DNA of 64,000 nucleotides from an uncultured delta proteobacterium (GTDB lineage Bacteria > Myxococcota_A > Polyangia > Fen-1088). Shown piece by piece: positions 28,903 through 39,954 of the stretch (position 1 is the first letter of the stretch; each line of letters opens with the position of its first letter). The translations under genes were made by a program, and so were the position numbers. The stretch lies in the NCBI GenBank assembly GCA_963796685.1, contig CAWCMR010000025.1, positions 1,056,001 to 1,120,000 on the forward strand. Reading direction: 5' to 3'. The notes below the pieces were generated by a model, which was not told where the DNA came from, made no database searches, and saw nothing but the letters and a program-made list of their open reading frames with translations.

Positions 28903-29663
28903 AGCTCACACTGGACACGTCGGCCGGATCGTTGCAGGTGTCGGAGGACGGTAGGAACAAGCAACTTTCCCTCTACTCACCCGAGGCCTTCGCGGCCCTG
29001 TCGCGAGCTTGGGTCAAGGTCGGGTGGTCGCTCAAGCAAACCTATTCCTTCACGTGGATGGGCCGGCCAATCATTCAGCTGCCCGAGGACATGGTTCGTA
29101 TCCAGGAGGTGCTCTATGCCGTCAAGCCCGACGTGGTCATTGAAACGGGCGTTGCCCATGGTGGATCGCTCATCTTCTATGCCAGCCTATTCAAAGCCAT
29201 GGGGCACGGGCGCGTCGTCGGTGTCGACGTGGAGATTCGCCCCCACAATCGCAAGGCCATCAAGGAACATCCGATGTCCTCCCTCATCACGCTGGTTGAG
29301 GGTGATTCGGTCGCTCAGGACACCCTTGCCCGCGTGCGTTCGCACGTTGGCGCTGGCGACCGCATACTCGTACTCCTTGATTCGAATCACAGCAAGGCCC
29401 ACGTTCTCGCCGAACTGGAAGCCTACGCGCCTCTAGTGACGCCCGGGTCCTACATCGTGGCTACCGATGGCCTCATGGAATTCCTCGACGACGTTCCGCG
29501 CGGGCAACCGTCATGGAAGACCGACAACCCCAAGGCAGCCGCCGAGGAGTTCGCAAGCAAGCATCCTGAGTTCGTGCCGGGCCATCCACCCTTCGTCTTC
29601 AATGAAGGCCCAATCCATGAGCCCGTCACGCACTGGCCTGGGGCCTACTTGAAGCGACGCTAA
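28899..29663 (+). CDS. CmcI/cephalosporin-hydroxylase family methyltransferase
   Basis: WMGRPIIQLPED, IETGVAHGGS, LDSNH. Confidence 0.9.
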   Translation: MKLTLDTSAGSLQVSEDGRNKQLSLYSPEAFAALSRAWVKVGWSLKQTYSFTWMGRPIIQLPEDMVRIQEVLYAVKPDVVIETGVAHGGSLIFYASLFKAMGHGRVVGVDVEIRPHNRKAIKEHPMSSLITLVEGDSVAQDTLARVRSHVGAGDRILVLLDSNHSKAHVLAELEAYAPLVTPGSYIVATDGLMEFLDDVPRGQPSWKTDNPKAAAEEFASKHPEFVPGHPPFVFNEGPIHEPVTHWPGAYLKRR

Positions 29664-29679
29664 CGCGGAAGCGCCAGGT

Positions 29680-29890
29680 CAAAGCGACCGTGGATGGCAG
29701 CGCGCGTCCGCGAAGACGGCCGCGATGCCTAGCGCTCTGCACTTGTCACGAATTTCGTTCAGATAGTTCGGGTGTATGACGAAATGAGGATTTCGCTGGC
29801 CAATCCTCGGAGCGCCTCCGGAGGCTGGATGAGGTGGGCCGAGCCGGGGGCTGACTTTCCCTGCTTGTTCGAATTCACATCAATGCAGTG
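29680..29890 (-). pseudogene. C-methyltransferase C-terminal remnant
   Basis: CIDVNSNKQGK..PG..H.I.PPEAL, then HPNYLNEIR..LGI in the next frame. Confidence 0.45.
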
Positions 29891-30061
29891 TTCCCTGGTG
29901 GATGGTTCCAGGCCGTCCCCGGCAGTTGACCATCCGCTCCGGGCGACCTGCGCTTGCATGTCAGATGCCGAGCGAAGCAAGAAGAGACTTGGCGGGCCAG
30001 CTCGGACAGAGGTATTAAACATCGATGGCCTGTCTCGAAAGTTCCGCTCTGTTGATTTCTA

Positions 30062-31198
30062 GTGCCCCTTCGCATTCGTGGCGTGAATGCGCAGGTCGTG
30101 TGGTCAGAAGCGGCTGGTGATGGCGTGGAACGAGGAATCGTAACCGTCATCATTCCGACGCACAACCGTGCCCGGATGCTTGCTCGTGCCGTGCAGAGCG
30201 TGCTTCGGCAGACATATCCGCACCTGCGCGTACTCATTCTCGACAACGCGTCCGATGATGACACGCAAGCGGTCGCCAGAGAGCTCGTCGCGGCCGACTC
30301 TCGTTTACGCTATCACCGCCATGATCGAAACATCGGCATGATTGAGAACTTCAATTTCGGTCTTCAAAGGATCGACACAGAGTTCTTCACATTGCTCCCT
30401 GATGACGACGTTTTCCTTCCGGAGTTCTTCGAGCTGGCGATGGAAGGATTTCGTAACAACCCAGAGGTCGCATTCTCCGCTGGAATCCGAGTTGAGGTGA
30501 CGCCGTTCGGTCGCGTTCTGGCGGCTCCCCTGGCTGGAGTTCGTGTTGGGCGTTTCGACCCACCGGAAGGAGTAGATCTCATTTTGCGTACCAGTCTTCC
30601 AGGCATTACGGAGAGTATCTTCCGACGAGATGTTCTGGACCGAACGGAAATCTCCGCCCATGTCCTTGCCAGCGACCTCGGGTTCGTGCTTCAGGTAGCC
30701 TTGAGGCGCCCTTACGTCGTGGCTACCGACCGGCCTTGTGCGTTTTTCGTGAGCCACAGCGGTCCCCGGGGCGGGCTGGGTGAGGAAGCTCTGCTTGACG
30801 AGCTCGTTCCGGCCTACGACTCCATGTGCGCCCACGTTCTCCGCATGCAGGACGTACCCTCGGCATTGCGCTCTCGCGTCGTTACTTGGCTCGAAGGACA
30901 GTTGCGCACGCGCTTGGCCGTGACGGCGGTAGGCTACGTTCGCAGACAACATTACGAGCTGGCTGCGTTAGCGCGCTCGATTCTTGCGGCCCGCGAAGGA
31001 CAAACTATTCGCGTCAGATGCCTCGCGGGATTGGAGTCAGTTGCGGATCGGCTGCCCCAGTCGATGGCTGCTCTGAACGCCTGTAATGCGGCACGCGTTG
31101 CGCTGGCGCGGTGGCGAGCCGATCACAGACTCAGGGCGTGCTGGTCTGCGGGGCTAACGGAAGTGGCCTCCAACGTGAACCTGTTGGCTCTATGCTAG
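30062..31198 (+). CDS. GT2 glycosyltransferase
   Basis: VIIPTHNR, DNASDD, NIGMIENF, PDDD. Confidence 0.88.
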   Translation: MPLRIRGVNAQVVWSEAAGDGVERGIVTVIIPTHNRARMLARAVQSVLRQTYPHLRVLILDNASDDDTQAVARELVAADSRLRYHRHDRNIGMIENFNFGLQRIDTEFFTLLPDDDVFLPEFFELAMEGFRNNPEVAFSAGIRVEVTPFGRVLAAPLAGVRVGRFDPPEGVDLILRTSLPGITESIFRRDVLDRTEISAHVLASDLGFVLQVALRRPYVVATDRPCAFFVSHSGPRGGLGEEALLDELVPAYDSMCAHVLRMQDVPSALRSRVVTWLEGQLRTRLAVTAVGYVRRQHYELAALARSILAAREGQTIRVRCLAGLESVADRLPQSMAALNACNAARVALARWRADHRLRACWSAGLTEVASNVNLLALC

Positions 31199-31282
31199 CG
31201 AGATGGTCTCCACATAACGCGCCGTGCTCCAGTCGCCAAAGGCATCTTCCACGATATTGACCACTACCAGATCTTTGTGATC

Positions 31283-32491
31283 TCATATCCTTCTCTTTGT
31301 GCTCCACCGGCCGCCCTTTTCGACCAACGCCCGTTTGATTCCCGAAACCGACGCCTCAAGCCCGTATTGGGATATCAGGTTCTTTGCCTTCTCTCCCATC
31401 TCGGAAATCTTCTCCGGTTGCGTAAGCATTCGGTCAAAGACTTCCGCGAGCATGTCGGAGGATCCGGTTGGAAAGGTGTATCCGGTTTCATCGTCATGAA
31501 CAAGATCGTAGGAACACCCCACGCGGTCGCTCACGATCACGGGCAGGCCGAAATTCATCGCTTCGTTCACAACCAACCCCCAGGTTTCTCCGAACGCCGA
31601 AGGCAGGACCATGAAATCCGCAGCCTTATAGTAGCGGGGTAGTTCGCTCTGATTCTGGAACCCTGCGAACAGGAAACCGCCGATCCCACTGCGACCAACG
31701 CTCTCTTCCATCTCCTTCCTCAACATGCCGTCTCCGACCACCAGGAGAGAAAGTCTGTCCTTGTGCTGCACCTTGTGTAGTGCCTCCGCGAGAAGGAGAG
31801 GCGCCTTCTTTGCAATTAGTTTTCCGCAGAAGAGCGCCACAATCTGATCTTCTTTGAACCCAAGCCCCTTCTTCAACTCGGCCTTGGAGGGGAGCTTCGT
31901 GGCCAGGGAACGGAAAAAGTCGTTGTCCACGCAAAAGGGCGACCAGAAGATATTTTCGGGTCGGCCTGCGTGGTTGAGGTAGTGGTCCTTCGAAAGCGCA
32001 CCGACTGCCAGGTAGGCGCTAATGCGTCGGTAAAGGAACCTGAGCATGCGATCCCTCACCACTTCCTTGAACTTTCCGCGGTCATGGACGCGGTCATTGC
32101 TATCGGCCCGGATCAGGATAGGGATCTTGCAAGCCAGCGCTGTGAAGATGGCCTGACAGTCCAGGAGTGCGGCGCCGTAGCTCATCAGCAACACCGCGTC
32201 GAAGTTTCCCTTCGGCAGTTTCCAAAGGAGTGAGGGGCAATTGTATTTAAGAAAAGTTCGGTTGCCAACGCTTACGCCCCAATTCTTCAAGAAGGTGTAC
32301 TTGTACCCTTCCAGCAGCGGGATGTCCCACGACACTGGTACTCCAAAATCAGGATCAATCCCTCCTTTCACGCTTTCGTCAGAGGCGAAAAACACCGTGA
32401 GGTCGATCTCCGGATCCTTGGCTAGCTCCTGGAAGACCGGCGTCTGATATTGGATGGGATGACTAATCACAACCGCCAGGTGGCAAGTCAT
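31283..32491 (-). CDS. GT4 glycosyltransferase
   Basis: SHPIQY, GFQNQSELP, ETWGLVVNEAM. Confidence 0.9.
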   Translation of the reverse strand: MTCHLAVVISHPIQYQTPVFQELAKDPEIDLTVFFASDESVKGGIDPDFGVPVSWDIPLLEGYKYTFLKNWGVSVGNRTFLKYNCPSLLWKLPKGNFDAVLLMSYGAALLDCQAIFTALACKIPILIRADSNDRVHDRGKFKEVVRDRMLRFLYRRISAYLAVGALSKDHYLNHAGRPENIFWSPFCVDNDFFRSLATKLPSKAELKKGLGFKEDQIVALFCGKLIAKKAPLLLAEALHKVQHKDRLSLLVVGDGMLRKEMEESVGRSGIGGFLFAGFQNQSELPRYYKAADFMVLPSAFGETWGLVVNEAMNFGLPVIVSDRVGCSYDLVHDDETGYTFPTGSSDMLAEVFDRMLTQPEKISEMGEKAKNLISQYGLEASVSGIKRALVEKGGRWSTKRRI

Positions 32492-32556
32492 ATTTGTCCC
32501 TTTAGTTATCTTCCCCTCCATTCTTGGTCCTTTGAGCGGTCATCAGAAACGTGCTT

Positions 32557-33936
32557 CTACCTTCGTTGGACTGGACGGAGTTGATTGTGATGTTCGATCC
32601 TGTCGCCCTCTGCCATCCCGACGACCATGCCGACGTTTAGCCAGATCATGAAGATCGAAAAATAGAGCCAGATCATCGAGTGTGAAAAGAGAAACGACAC
32701 CAAAGAACCGAGCAGAAAACCGAAGATGGAGTAGTACAATGACAGCTTCAGCTGGCCGTGGAGGTAGCGGCGCGCCTGCAACATCATAGTGATGCCTCCG
32801 GCCATCACTACCACCACTGCCAACAGGCCTGGCACACCCAGTTCCCAGTAGAGGGCGCCCAGACCTCCCTCCGGAACCTCGCCGGATTCATCGGACAGGA
32901 ACTGGGCGCCGACGGCACCGTAACCAATCCCCGCGCCCAAGGGCCCGACGCTGCTGGCGGCGTCCTGCAGGCCGATTACGGTCATATCTTCGAACCTCGA
33001 AGATGACTCCTCCGAGGTGTCCATGACAAACCGATTGAAGAAGTCGTCAAAGGTTCCAGGCGCGCGCTGGTGGAAAATGAAACCGCCGACCACCGAAACC
33101 GCGACCAGGAGCACCAGCGCGCCAACCGCCTTCTTGACCAAGATCTTGCGCTGAGAGAAGACCAGGCCCATCTGGAACAACAGCACTCCACCAAACAAGA
33201 GTAGGCCCTTTCTCCGTATGCCAAGCAGGCTGGTCACGAAGAAGGCCAGAGCCAAGATGACGTTGTGCCGTCGGCGGTCTCCGTGAATAGCCAGGGTGAT
33301 GCTGTACATAAAGGCCAGCGCCAGACAAAATACCATCGGCTCCATTGCCTGGAAGAAGCCACTGTACTGGATGAGGCCCAACCCTCTTTGGACAACATTG
33401 AGCTTATCGTCATAGAGGTGGCCAGTGTAACCGATGCCGGACTTGATTTGCTCGCCGTAAACAAATTCCATCCACACCCCTACGATCTGGATGGAGGACA
33501 TCAAGACATAGTTCCTCATGAACTCAATGATCGCCTCTTCGGAGCGGAGACAATCCTGTGTTAGAAGGAAAACCGGTGCAAAGAACAGATAAGTGAAGAA
33601 GCCGAGGGTGGTGACGAGAATGTTGAGCTCGTGGGCGTGACCAGCCGTGCTCAAGACAAGGACGAGCACCAAGGGCATAGCCGAAAGGAGAAACGGCCAA
33701 GCCCATTGTGGATAATTGCCGACGAGGCCTCTCCAGCGGTATAGAATATAGAGGATTGCAACCATGCTGGTAAAAAGCAGCTGCAGGTAGGGCGGCGAGC
33801 CGGGTAGTATCTTCCTAAGTGGGTCCTGGACGAAATAGAATGAGACCACACACAGCAGATACTTCACTTCTACATGCTTGGCACGGAACGGGATGGCAAG
33901 CCACAGGGCAATAGCAATGATGGTAACGACTATCAA
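32557..33936 (-). CDS. Multi-TM protein, candidate Wzy polymerase
   Basis: About 11 hydrophobic helices, QDPLRK, PLGAGIG, EGGLG..WELG; located in the polysaccharide locus. Confidence 0.6.
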   Translation of the reverse strand: MIVVTIIAIALWLAIPFRAKHVEVKYLLCVVSFYFVQDPLRKILPGSPPYLQLLFTSMVAILYILYRWRGLVGNYPQWAWPFLLSAMPLVLVLVLSTAGHAHELNILVTTLGFFTYLFFAPVFLLTQDCLRSEEAIIEFMRNYVLMSSIQIVGVWMEFVYGEQIKSGIGYTGHLYDDKLNVVQRGLGLIQYSGFFQAMEPMVFCLALAFMYSITLAIHGDRRRHNVILALAFFVTSLLGIRRKGLLLFGGVLLFQMGLVFSQRKILVKKAVGALVLLVAVSVVGGFIFHQRAPGTFDDFFNRFVMDTSEESSSRFEDMTVIGLQDAASSVGPLGAGIGYGAVGAQFLSDESGEVPEGGLGALYWELGVPGLLAVVVVMAGGITMMLQARRYLHGQLKLSLYYSIFGFLLGSLVSFLFSHSMIWLYFSIFMIWLNVGMVVGMAEGDRIEHHNQLRPVQRR

Positions 33937-34545
33937 CCTTCAACCGCCTCTGCGTCTCTTCTCCGCAACGATATGACTAGGTGCGATGTCTGACAAAGCC
34001 TTGCCCCGCGGATGGTCGTAGTCTCGTAGTTTTGTCTAATCAAAGCGTCCCAAACACCGCGAGCCTGCTTTTCGCCGTGCAACCCAATCAGCCAGACCGG
34101 TGGACGGTCACGCTCGAAGAGCTTCATGCGGCCGAGGATTGCGTCGAGGTCCGCGCCTTCCACGTCCATCTTGATAATGTGCGGTGCACGATGATCCTTG
34201 GTTCCTCGCTGTTTGAAATGGATTGATTGAGCGCTGAAATGCCTTGGACTTCTCGGTGCCAGCGCCGGGCAACGGTGGCAAGGCCAAGCGGCCTGCGGCC
34301 GTCGCTTCGCGAGCCTTGACACCATCGTCCCGTCGCTGGCGGAGCGCATTTATGCGTGCATGCCGCGGGCATGCCCGCGTGAACGGCAGGCCAAGGCGTA
34401 CAGCAGATGGGGGCGCAGGTGGTCATTTGTTCAGTGGTCGCTGTCCATTTGCAACAGCGAGGAGCCTGATCCTTTAAGAAATCATCGAGCGTGGCAACCC
34501 GCACAGCAATGCACCTTTCGATTCTTGAACTGAACGTGCCCATCG
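33933..34545 (-). pseudogene. Degraded FkbM-family methyltransferase fragments
   Basis: VATLDDF and PHIIKMDVEGA..IGLHG segments in different frames. Confidence 0.55.
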
Positions 34546-34908
34546 TCCTTTCACCTTTCCCATGATACCAGCACCCTCCCCCGCGGGTGTCAAATCCACC
34601 GCGTTTGTCCGCTGGTCTGCCCGGGGCGATAATCCCCCACGCTACTGTAAGTGCCACGAATCCGATTGCGATGGGCGCTTCTTAGCGCTTCCTCCTTAGT
34701 CATTCCCCCGTGCGTAGACGCCTTGCAGCCAGGATACCCTGACAGGAACGTCGTGACAGAAGAACACGTCGCGGTTTTCTTGCCCATTGAGTCGTCCTAC
34801 GATTGCCTCCAGGATCTTGAGTAGGAGTGCCTGGAGATCGCTAAGTTGCCGCGCGTCGCTCTCCCCACTGCATCCGATGTCGTGGTCACGGCGTCTGCCT
34901 GGCCGGCG

Positions 34909-36357
34909 TCACCACAGCCTTCGCACCTGGCCGTTCAAGGCCACTTCGATAGCGGGCCCCTCCCCGCGCCGACACTCGTCGGGGCTGGTGACGACCTGAA
35001 AGGTTACTTGGTGCCGCCATCCCCAATGCATTCTTCCCGCCAGACCGCAGTTCGACGCGATTCCGGGCGGCGCTTCATAGACCGAGTAGCCGAACCTCCC
35101 AGAGGGCTGCTCGCAAACCGCACAGATGTGGTCGGGCACGTCACGACCGATGATGTCCGCGACCTTGCTTCCTACCACGGCGGATAACCTTCCGACCTCC
35201 ACCATGGCTGCCAGCTTGTGTGCGTTGCCCACCAGGCAGGCGAGTATGGCGAGAAGAGCGACCATGGGGGCCAGCCGGTTCAAGGCCGACGCAACTCGAG
35301 CAGAAGAATACTTGTGGCCAATTAGCATGATGGCAAGAACCGCGGCCGGACGTTGCGCATACATCTCGCCGACGTGCCCCATGACGCAGAATGGGGAGAC
35401 CACGGCGAGACTCACGCAGGCCGCGAGCAGCCATTGGTGAGCTGTCCATGACCTCCTTGCGCGACCCAAGAAGATGACCAGAAGCGGCAGACCTAAGGCC
35501 AAAGTCAAAAAGGCCAACCACATCTTGGGTTTCGGAGAGAGGAGCGCGAGCGTGTCTACGGTGCTCAGCGCCATGCCAACGATCATGGCGGCATGTTTGG
35601 CGAGGGTGATCGGGTTGAAGCCGACACCGTAGCGTTCACCAGGGACGCCCAGCGAGACGCTGCCCAAAAGCAGAAACCTAGCTGCAAAGTACAACGCGAC
35701 GCACAATATGCCAATTGCCAGCTCCTCCCCACAGCGCATGTAGACCTGCCGCAGGCTTACTTCAAAGTGGGTACGCGCGAATGCCTTCAGCAACGGCGCG
35801 GCCGCGAACCAAGCGATCCCCCCTTCGTTCCACAGCACGGACACCATGGCAAAGATCAACCACCCTGCGTACGAACCCAGCGTAGCCTTGTCGCCACGGA
35901 TGAGGATGGCGGCAGATGCCAGGCCAAAGACGTTGGACCATACCTGGTTTTCGCTGTCGACGGACCACACGGCTGCTCCCACAGCGGGCGCTAGGGCATA
36001 GGCAAGGGCCGCCAGCAGCGAGCTCCTGCGCGAGCCTCCACACTGCCGGGTCAAGATGCTGACTAGGCCTACGGCGGCGAGATGGCCGAGGGCGTTCGTG
36101 GCATGCACGAAACCTGGATAGGGAAAGGCAAAGGCCACGACCCTAAAGAGGTGTTGAAACGGCCGCCAGAGCATGAAATCAGGGAGCAGCAGATTCCAAG
36201 AGAACGTGGAAATGGGCGCACTGGCCACCCAATCATCCATGGCAGGCATCACCCAAAACGCCGGGATGGTCATGAGTGCCCAAGCGAGGATGACGAGCGC
36301 GACCAAGAGGTGATGAGCGCCGTCAGGCGAGTTGCGTGCGGTCTCTCTGGTCGGCAT
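34909..36357 (-). CDS. Multi-TM protein, possible GT-C-type glycosyltransferase
   Basis: TM1 followed by DDW, WRP, then many TM helices; start uncertain. Confidence 0.55.
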   Translation of the reverse strand: MPTRETARNSPDGAHHLLVALVILAWALMTIPAFWVMPAMDDWVASAPISTFSWNLLLPDFMLWRPFQHLFRVVAFAFPYPGFVHATNALGHLAAVGLVSILTRQCGGSRRSSLLAALAYALAPAVGAAVWSVDSENQVWSNVFGLASAAILIRGDKATLGSYAGWLIFAMVSVLWNEGGIAWFAAAPLLKAFARTHFEVSLRQVYMRCGEELAIGILCVALYFAARFLLLGSVSLGVPGERYGVGFNPITLAKHAAMIVGMALSTVDTLALLSPKPKMWLAFLTLALGLPLLVIFLGRARRSWTAHQWLLAACVSLAVVSPFCVMGHVGEMYAQRPAAVLAIMLIGHKYSSARVASALNRLAPMVALLAILACLVGNAHKLAAMVEVGRLSAVVGSKVADIIGRDVPDHICAVCEQPSGRFGYSVYEAPPGIASNCGLAGRMHWGWRHQVTFQVVTSPDECRRGEGPAIEVALNGQVRRLW

Positions 36358-36464
36358 TCGAGGCTGTCCGCAGTCTACAACGATGCGGGCTGGCAGAGCA
36401 CGCGATTCAACCCAAGACGGGTCGGACTGACCGAACGACACTGGTGCCCAGGTAGTGTTATTGT

Positions 36465-37625
36465 ATGGCCGCTTTGTCAACGGTAGTCGCCCTCGTTACG
36501 GATGCCTTTGGTGGATTCGGCGGAATCGCGCAGTACACTCGCGATTTTCTGACAGCGTTGGCCGAATCGCCTCGAGTTCGGCGCGTCGTAGCCATACCGC
36601 GCGCTATCCAGGGTCCTGCCGAGGGCGTCCCCGCACTCGTGGACTATCGAGCCGAGGCGGTTGGCGGTCTACGCAATTTTGCGCTCGCCTGCTCGAAGAC
36701 TATGTTCAACGACCCGCCGGCACTTATCCTGTGCGGGCACGTCAATCTGCTGCCCTTTGCCGTGCCCCTGGCCCTACGCCATCGAACCTCTCTGGCACTC
36801 ATGGTCTACGGTATTGACGTTTGGCAACCGCCGCGTCTGGCGTCTCGCTTGATGCTAAGGCGAGTCGATCATTACGTGTCCATCAGTCGGCTAACGATCG
36901 ACAAGATGTTGACCTGGACCGACATGCCGGATCGAGTTCCGCTGACCATCGTGCCCAACGCCGTGGATCTGGATCGATTCGGTGCATCTACAGACAAACC
37001 GCGTGAGTTGCTGGACCGATACGGCCTGCACGGCAAGCGTGTCATCATGACCTTGGGCCGCTTCGTGGCGAGGGAACGCTACAAGGGCGTACGAGAGGTC
37101 CTCGATGTACTGCCGGAGCTGATCGGTCGGGATCCCGACATTAGATACCTGGTTGTGGGCGACGGAAGCGATATGCCAAGCATCCGCCATCACGCGGAGT
37201 TGCTCAAGATAGCGGACCACGTGATTTTCGCAGGTCGTATCAATGAGGCAGAAAAAGTGGCGCACTACCAAGTGGCTGATGCCTACGTCATGCCCGGCCG
37301 TGGCGAGGGTTTCGGGTTTGTGTTCCTTGAAGCCATGGCCTGTGGCGTCCCGGTGGTTGCCAGTGTGCTGGATGGAAGCCGTGAGGCGGTTCGTTTCGGC
37401 GCCCTGGGCGAGCTTTGTGATCCACGCGACCCGCCAGCCATCATATCCGCGATTTTGAGAGCCTTGGCCAAAGGCAGGGGAGCACCCCCCGAAGGGCTTG
37501 ACTACTTCGGCATGCCGAACTTCAGGAGCCGCGTTCATCAATTCGCGGATACCGTGATGACCGCGGGGCCCAGGCCTCGCTTGCGCAAACCGCTGCCGCT
37601 TCGGGCCCCGCCGGTCTACCGATAA
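36465..37625 (+). CDS. GT4 glycosyltransferase
   Basis: GGIAQY, RYKG, EGFGFVFLEAMACG. Confidence 0.9.
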   Translation: MAALSTVVALVTDAFGGFGGIAQYTRDFLTALAESPRVRRVVAIPRAIQGPAEGVPALVDYRAEAVGGLRNFALACSKTMFNDPPALILCGHVNLLPFAVPLALRHRTSLALMVYGIDVWQPPRLASRLMLRRVDHYVSISRLTIDKMLTWTDMPDRVPLTIVPNAVDLDRFGASTDKPRELLDRYGLHGKRVIMTLGRFVARERYKGVREVLDVLPELIGRDPDIRYLVVGDGSDMPSIRHHAELLKIADHVIFAGRINEAEKVAHYQVADAYVMPGRGEGFGFVFLEAMACGVPVVASVLDGSREAVRFGALGELCDPRDPPAIISAILRALAKGRGAPPEGLDYFGMPNFRSRVHQFADTVMTAGPRPRLRKPLPLRAPPVYR

Positions 37626-37680
37626 TCTGTCATGTGCGCCAACAGCGGTAATTTGCGGCGTCACCTGGGCATCACCAACC

Positions 37681-39192
37681 ATGGGTAGACAATCGGAAAA
37701 TGTGAGGACGCGGATTCTCCTCCTGATCCTCGGGCTTGGTGGCTTGTGCTTCGTCGTGTGCTGGCCGGCAGCGGAGCGGATGGCTTTCAGCGCGAAGAAC
37801 CTCGGTTTTTATGTCTACTCGCGCGTTACCCTGGATCTATCGCAGCAAATGATCGAGGCCTGGAATTACGGCTTGTTCAGGCCTTTGGATGTGCTGGCCA
37901 GCAGGCTGGGCGATCCGATCGGCAGGTCAGCTCTGGCTTCGCTGCTTTTGCATCTTCCGGCGCTTGCCGCGACTGTCGGCGGTCTCGCCCTCCTTGTTAG
38001 GCGCCTCTTCAGCGCTTCCGGAACGGCGTTCTTGACGGCGTTCTTGTCGGCGTTCTCGTGGTGGCTGCTGAACCCTGGGACCACGGTGGCGCTCTGGCAG
38101 CCGGACACCGTGAGTCAGAGTTGGAGCGGCGCCGCTGGCCTATGGCTAGTGATCTTCTTGTGGTCGGCGGTGCAACGAATCAATAGCGGCCAGTCCATCA
38201 GCCGTTTCCTCGCGGCGGAAGTCTTCATCTGCCTCATCGGCGTGCTGACGAAGGAGACCTTCCTGGGCTGGGCCGCGTCCGGGGGTCTCCTGTTGGCGGT
38301 TCTTTGGCTGAAGAGCGCGGTTGAAGGCCGGAAGACCTCAGCGAAGCATTGGCTCGCGTTGTTTACTCCGATTGTTCTTGTCCCGTCGCTCTATCTTGTT
38401 GCGCGGTTCTACTGGGGCGGGCTTGGCGTGATGCTTTCCGATCCCGGCGGCAGATATACCCTCCATCTGGGTTTCACTCTGGTCAAGAACACGATCACCG
38501 CTGCTGCGGGATTCTTGTGCGTCGGCCCGGTGCATCTGGTCAGCGTTCGGAATGCCAGCCTGCTTTTGCGCAGTCTGCCCTTCATCGGCATACTGCTTAC
38601 CGTTGGGATCGTATTGCTTCCCTTGGGTGCCCTACGGTTCAGCCCAAAGACCGGGGATGGTGCCGTCCGTTGGTTCGACGCCTATCTGATTGCGATGGCC
38701 TGTTTTGCGAGTCTCTCACCCACGTTGCCTTCCGGTGGGTTCTCGGAGCTGTATCTGATGGGGCCCAACGTCGGGGTTGCTTTGCTGGTCGGGATGAGCC
38801 TCGCGTCTGCGTTCGCGCACAGAGAAGCCAGGCGGACTCTTTACGTGGTGATTGCCGTTGCATTGTTCTCAACCGGTTGGTTCGGCCTGGTTTCCCGCGC
38901 CAAATGCTTTGCCGTGACCTGGAAAGCCAGCAGACATTACAATCAGGAGCTCATGAGTCTTCAGCAGGGGCTTCACAGCGGCGCAGCGCCAACAAGAGTC
39001 ATGCTGCGGAGGAACTGCGCGGAAGGCCCGGTCCACAGCGTTTACGTACTGCCGCCCGCGGAAGCGTTGAACGTCGGCGCTACGGAGAGGCTGCTCAACC
39101 ACCTCCATCCGGATAAGAAGCTAGAGATCTTTGTCGAACCGGACAAGCGCTGGCCTTCACCGAGGGTCCTTGAGGTCGACTGTTCTCAATGA
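37681..39192 (+). CDS. Multi-TM protein, possible GT-C-type glycosyltransferase
   Basis: FRPL, LTKET, many TM helices; similar layout to 34909-36357 (D...Q.WS, E.Y, SVY..PP). Confidence 0.55.
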   Translation: MGRQSENVRTRILLLILGLGGLCFVVCWPAAERMAFSAKNLGFYVYSRVTLDLSQQMIEAWNYGLFRPLDVLASRLGDPIGRSALASLLLHLPALAATVGGLALLVRRLFSASGTAFLTAFLSAFSWWLLNPGTTVALWQPDTVSQSWSGAAGLWLVIFLWSAVQRINSGQSISRFLAAEVFICLIGVLTKETFLGWAASGGLLLAVLWLKSAVEGRKTSAKHWLALFTPIVLVPSLYLVARFYWGGLGVMLSDPGGRYTLHLGFTLVKNTITAAAGFLCVGPVHLVSVRNASLLLRSLPFIGILLTVGIVLLPLGALRFSPKTGDGAVRWFDAYLIAMACFASLSPTLPSGGFSELYLMGPNVGVALLVGMSLASAFAHREARRTLYVVIAVALFSTGWFGLVSRAKCFAVTWKASRHYNQELMSLQQGLHSGAAPTRVMLRRNCAEGPVHSVYVLPPAEALNVGATERLLNHLHPDKKLEIFVEPDKRWPSPRVLEVDCSQ

Positions 39193-39232
39193 CCGGGTTG
39201 GTATTTGATTTCCTGCTCGTCGGAGACTGTCT

Positions 39233-39898
39233 ATGAGCGAAGAAAAGAACAAGAACGACATAAGCGATTTTTACGAGCGCTACTGGAGCGCGGAGAACCC
39301 AGCCCCGCTAACCGACCCGACCACGCCGGAACGCAAGGCACGTCTCAAAACCGCCATCTCTAGCCTGAGTCCAGGCGCGAGCGTGCTCGATCTGGGCTGC
39401 GGCCGCGGCATCTTCGCGTCCTACCTCGCATCGCTCGGCTGCGCCGCCAGAGGCGTTGACATTTCGCACACCGCGGTTGCCGCGGCAGCCAAGGAGTTCC
39501 CGCAAATCCCCTTCGAGCCACTCCGGCCGGACCTGAGCATCCCAGCGGAAGCGGCCTCGTTCGAAGCGGTGTGGTCAAGTGAGGTCATCGAGCATATCTT
39601 CGATGTCCACGCCCACCTCGCGGAGATCAACCGGGTGTTGAAGCCTGGGGGTCTCTACATTCTGACTACTCCCTACCACGGCAGGCTCAAAGACGTCTTG
39701 GTGTCACTTCTAAAGTTCGACGCGCACTTCGACCCGCAGGGGGCACACATCAGGTTCTTCGATAGGTGCGGCCTAACCCGTTGCCTTGTCGCCGCAGGGT
39801 TTGAGCCAGTGTCCTTCAGCGGCATCGGCAGGCTCTGGAAACTCTACCGAACTTGGTTCGTCGTTGCGAAGAAGGTTTCGCAACCTGGGCCTGGGTAG
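39233..39898 (+). CDS. Class I SAM-dependent methyltransferase
   Basis: VLDLGCGRG, SEVIEH, LKPGG..LTTP. Confidence 0.9.
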   Translation: MSEEKNKNDISDFYERYWSAENPAPLTDPTTPERKARLKTAISSLSPGASVLDLGCGRGIFASYLASLGCAARGVDISHTAVAAAAKEFPQIPFEPLRPDLSIPAEAASFEAVWSSEVIEHIFDVHAHLAEINRVLKPGGLYILTTPYHGRLKDVLVSLLKFDAHFDPQGAHIRFFDRCGLTRCLVAAGFEPVSFSGIGRLWKLYRTWFVVAKKVSQPGPG

Positions 39899-39954
39899 CC
39901 GCACCTTGGGTTGGCGAGGAGGTTTGCAATGACCGAAGTAGCGGACGCATTTAC

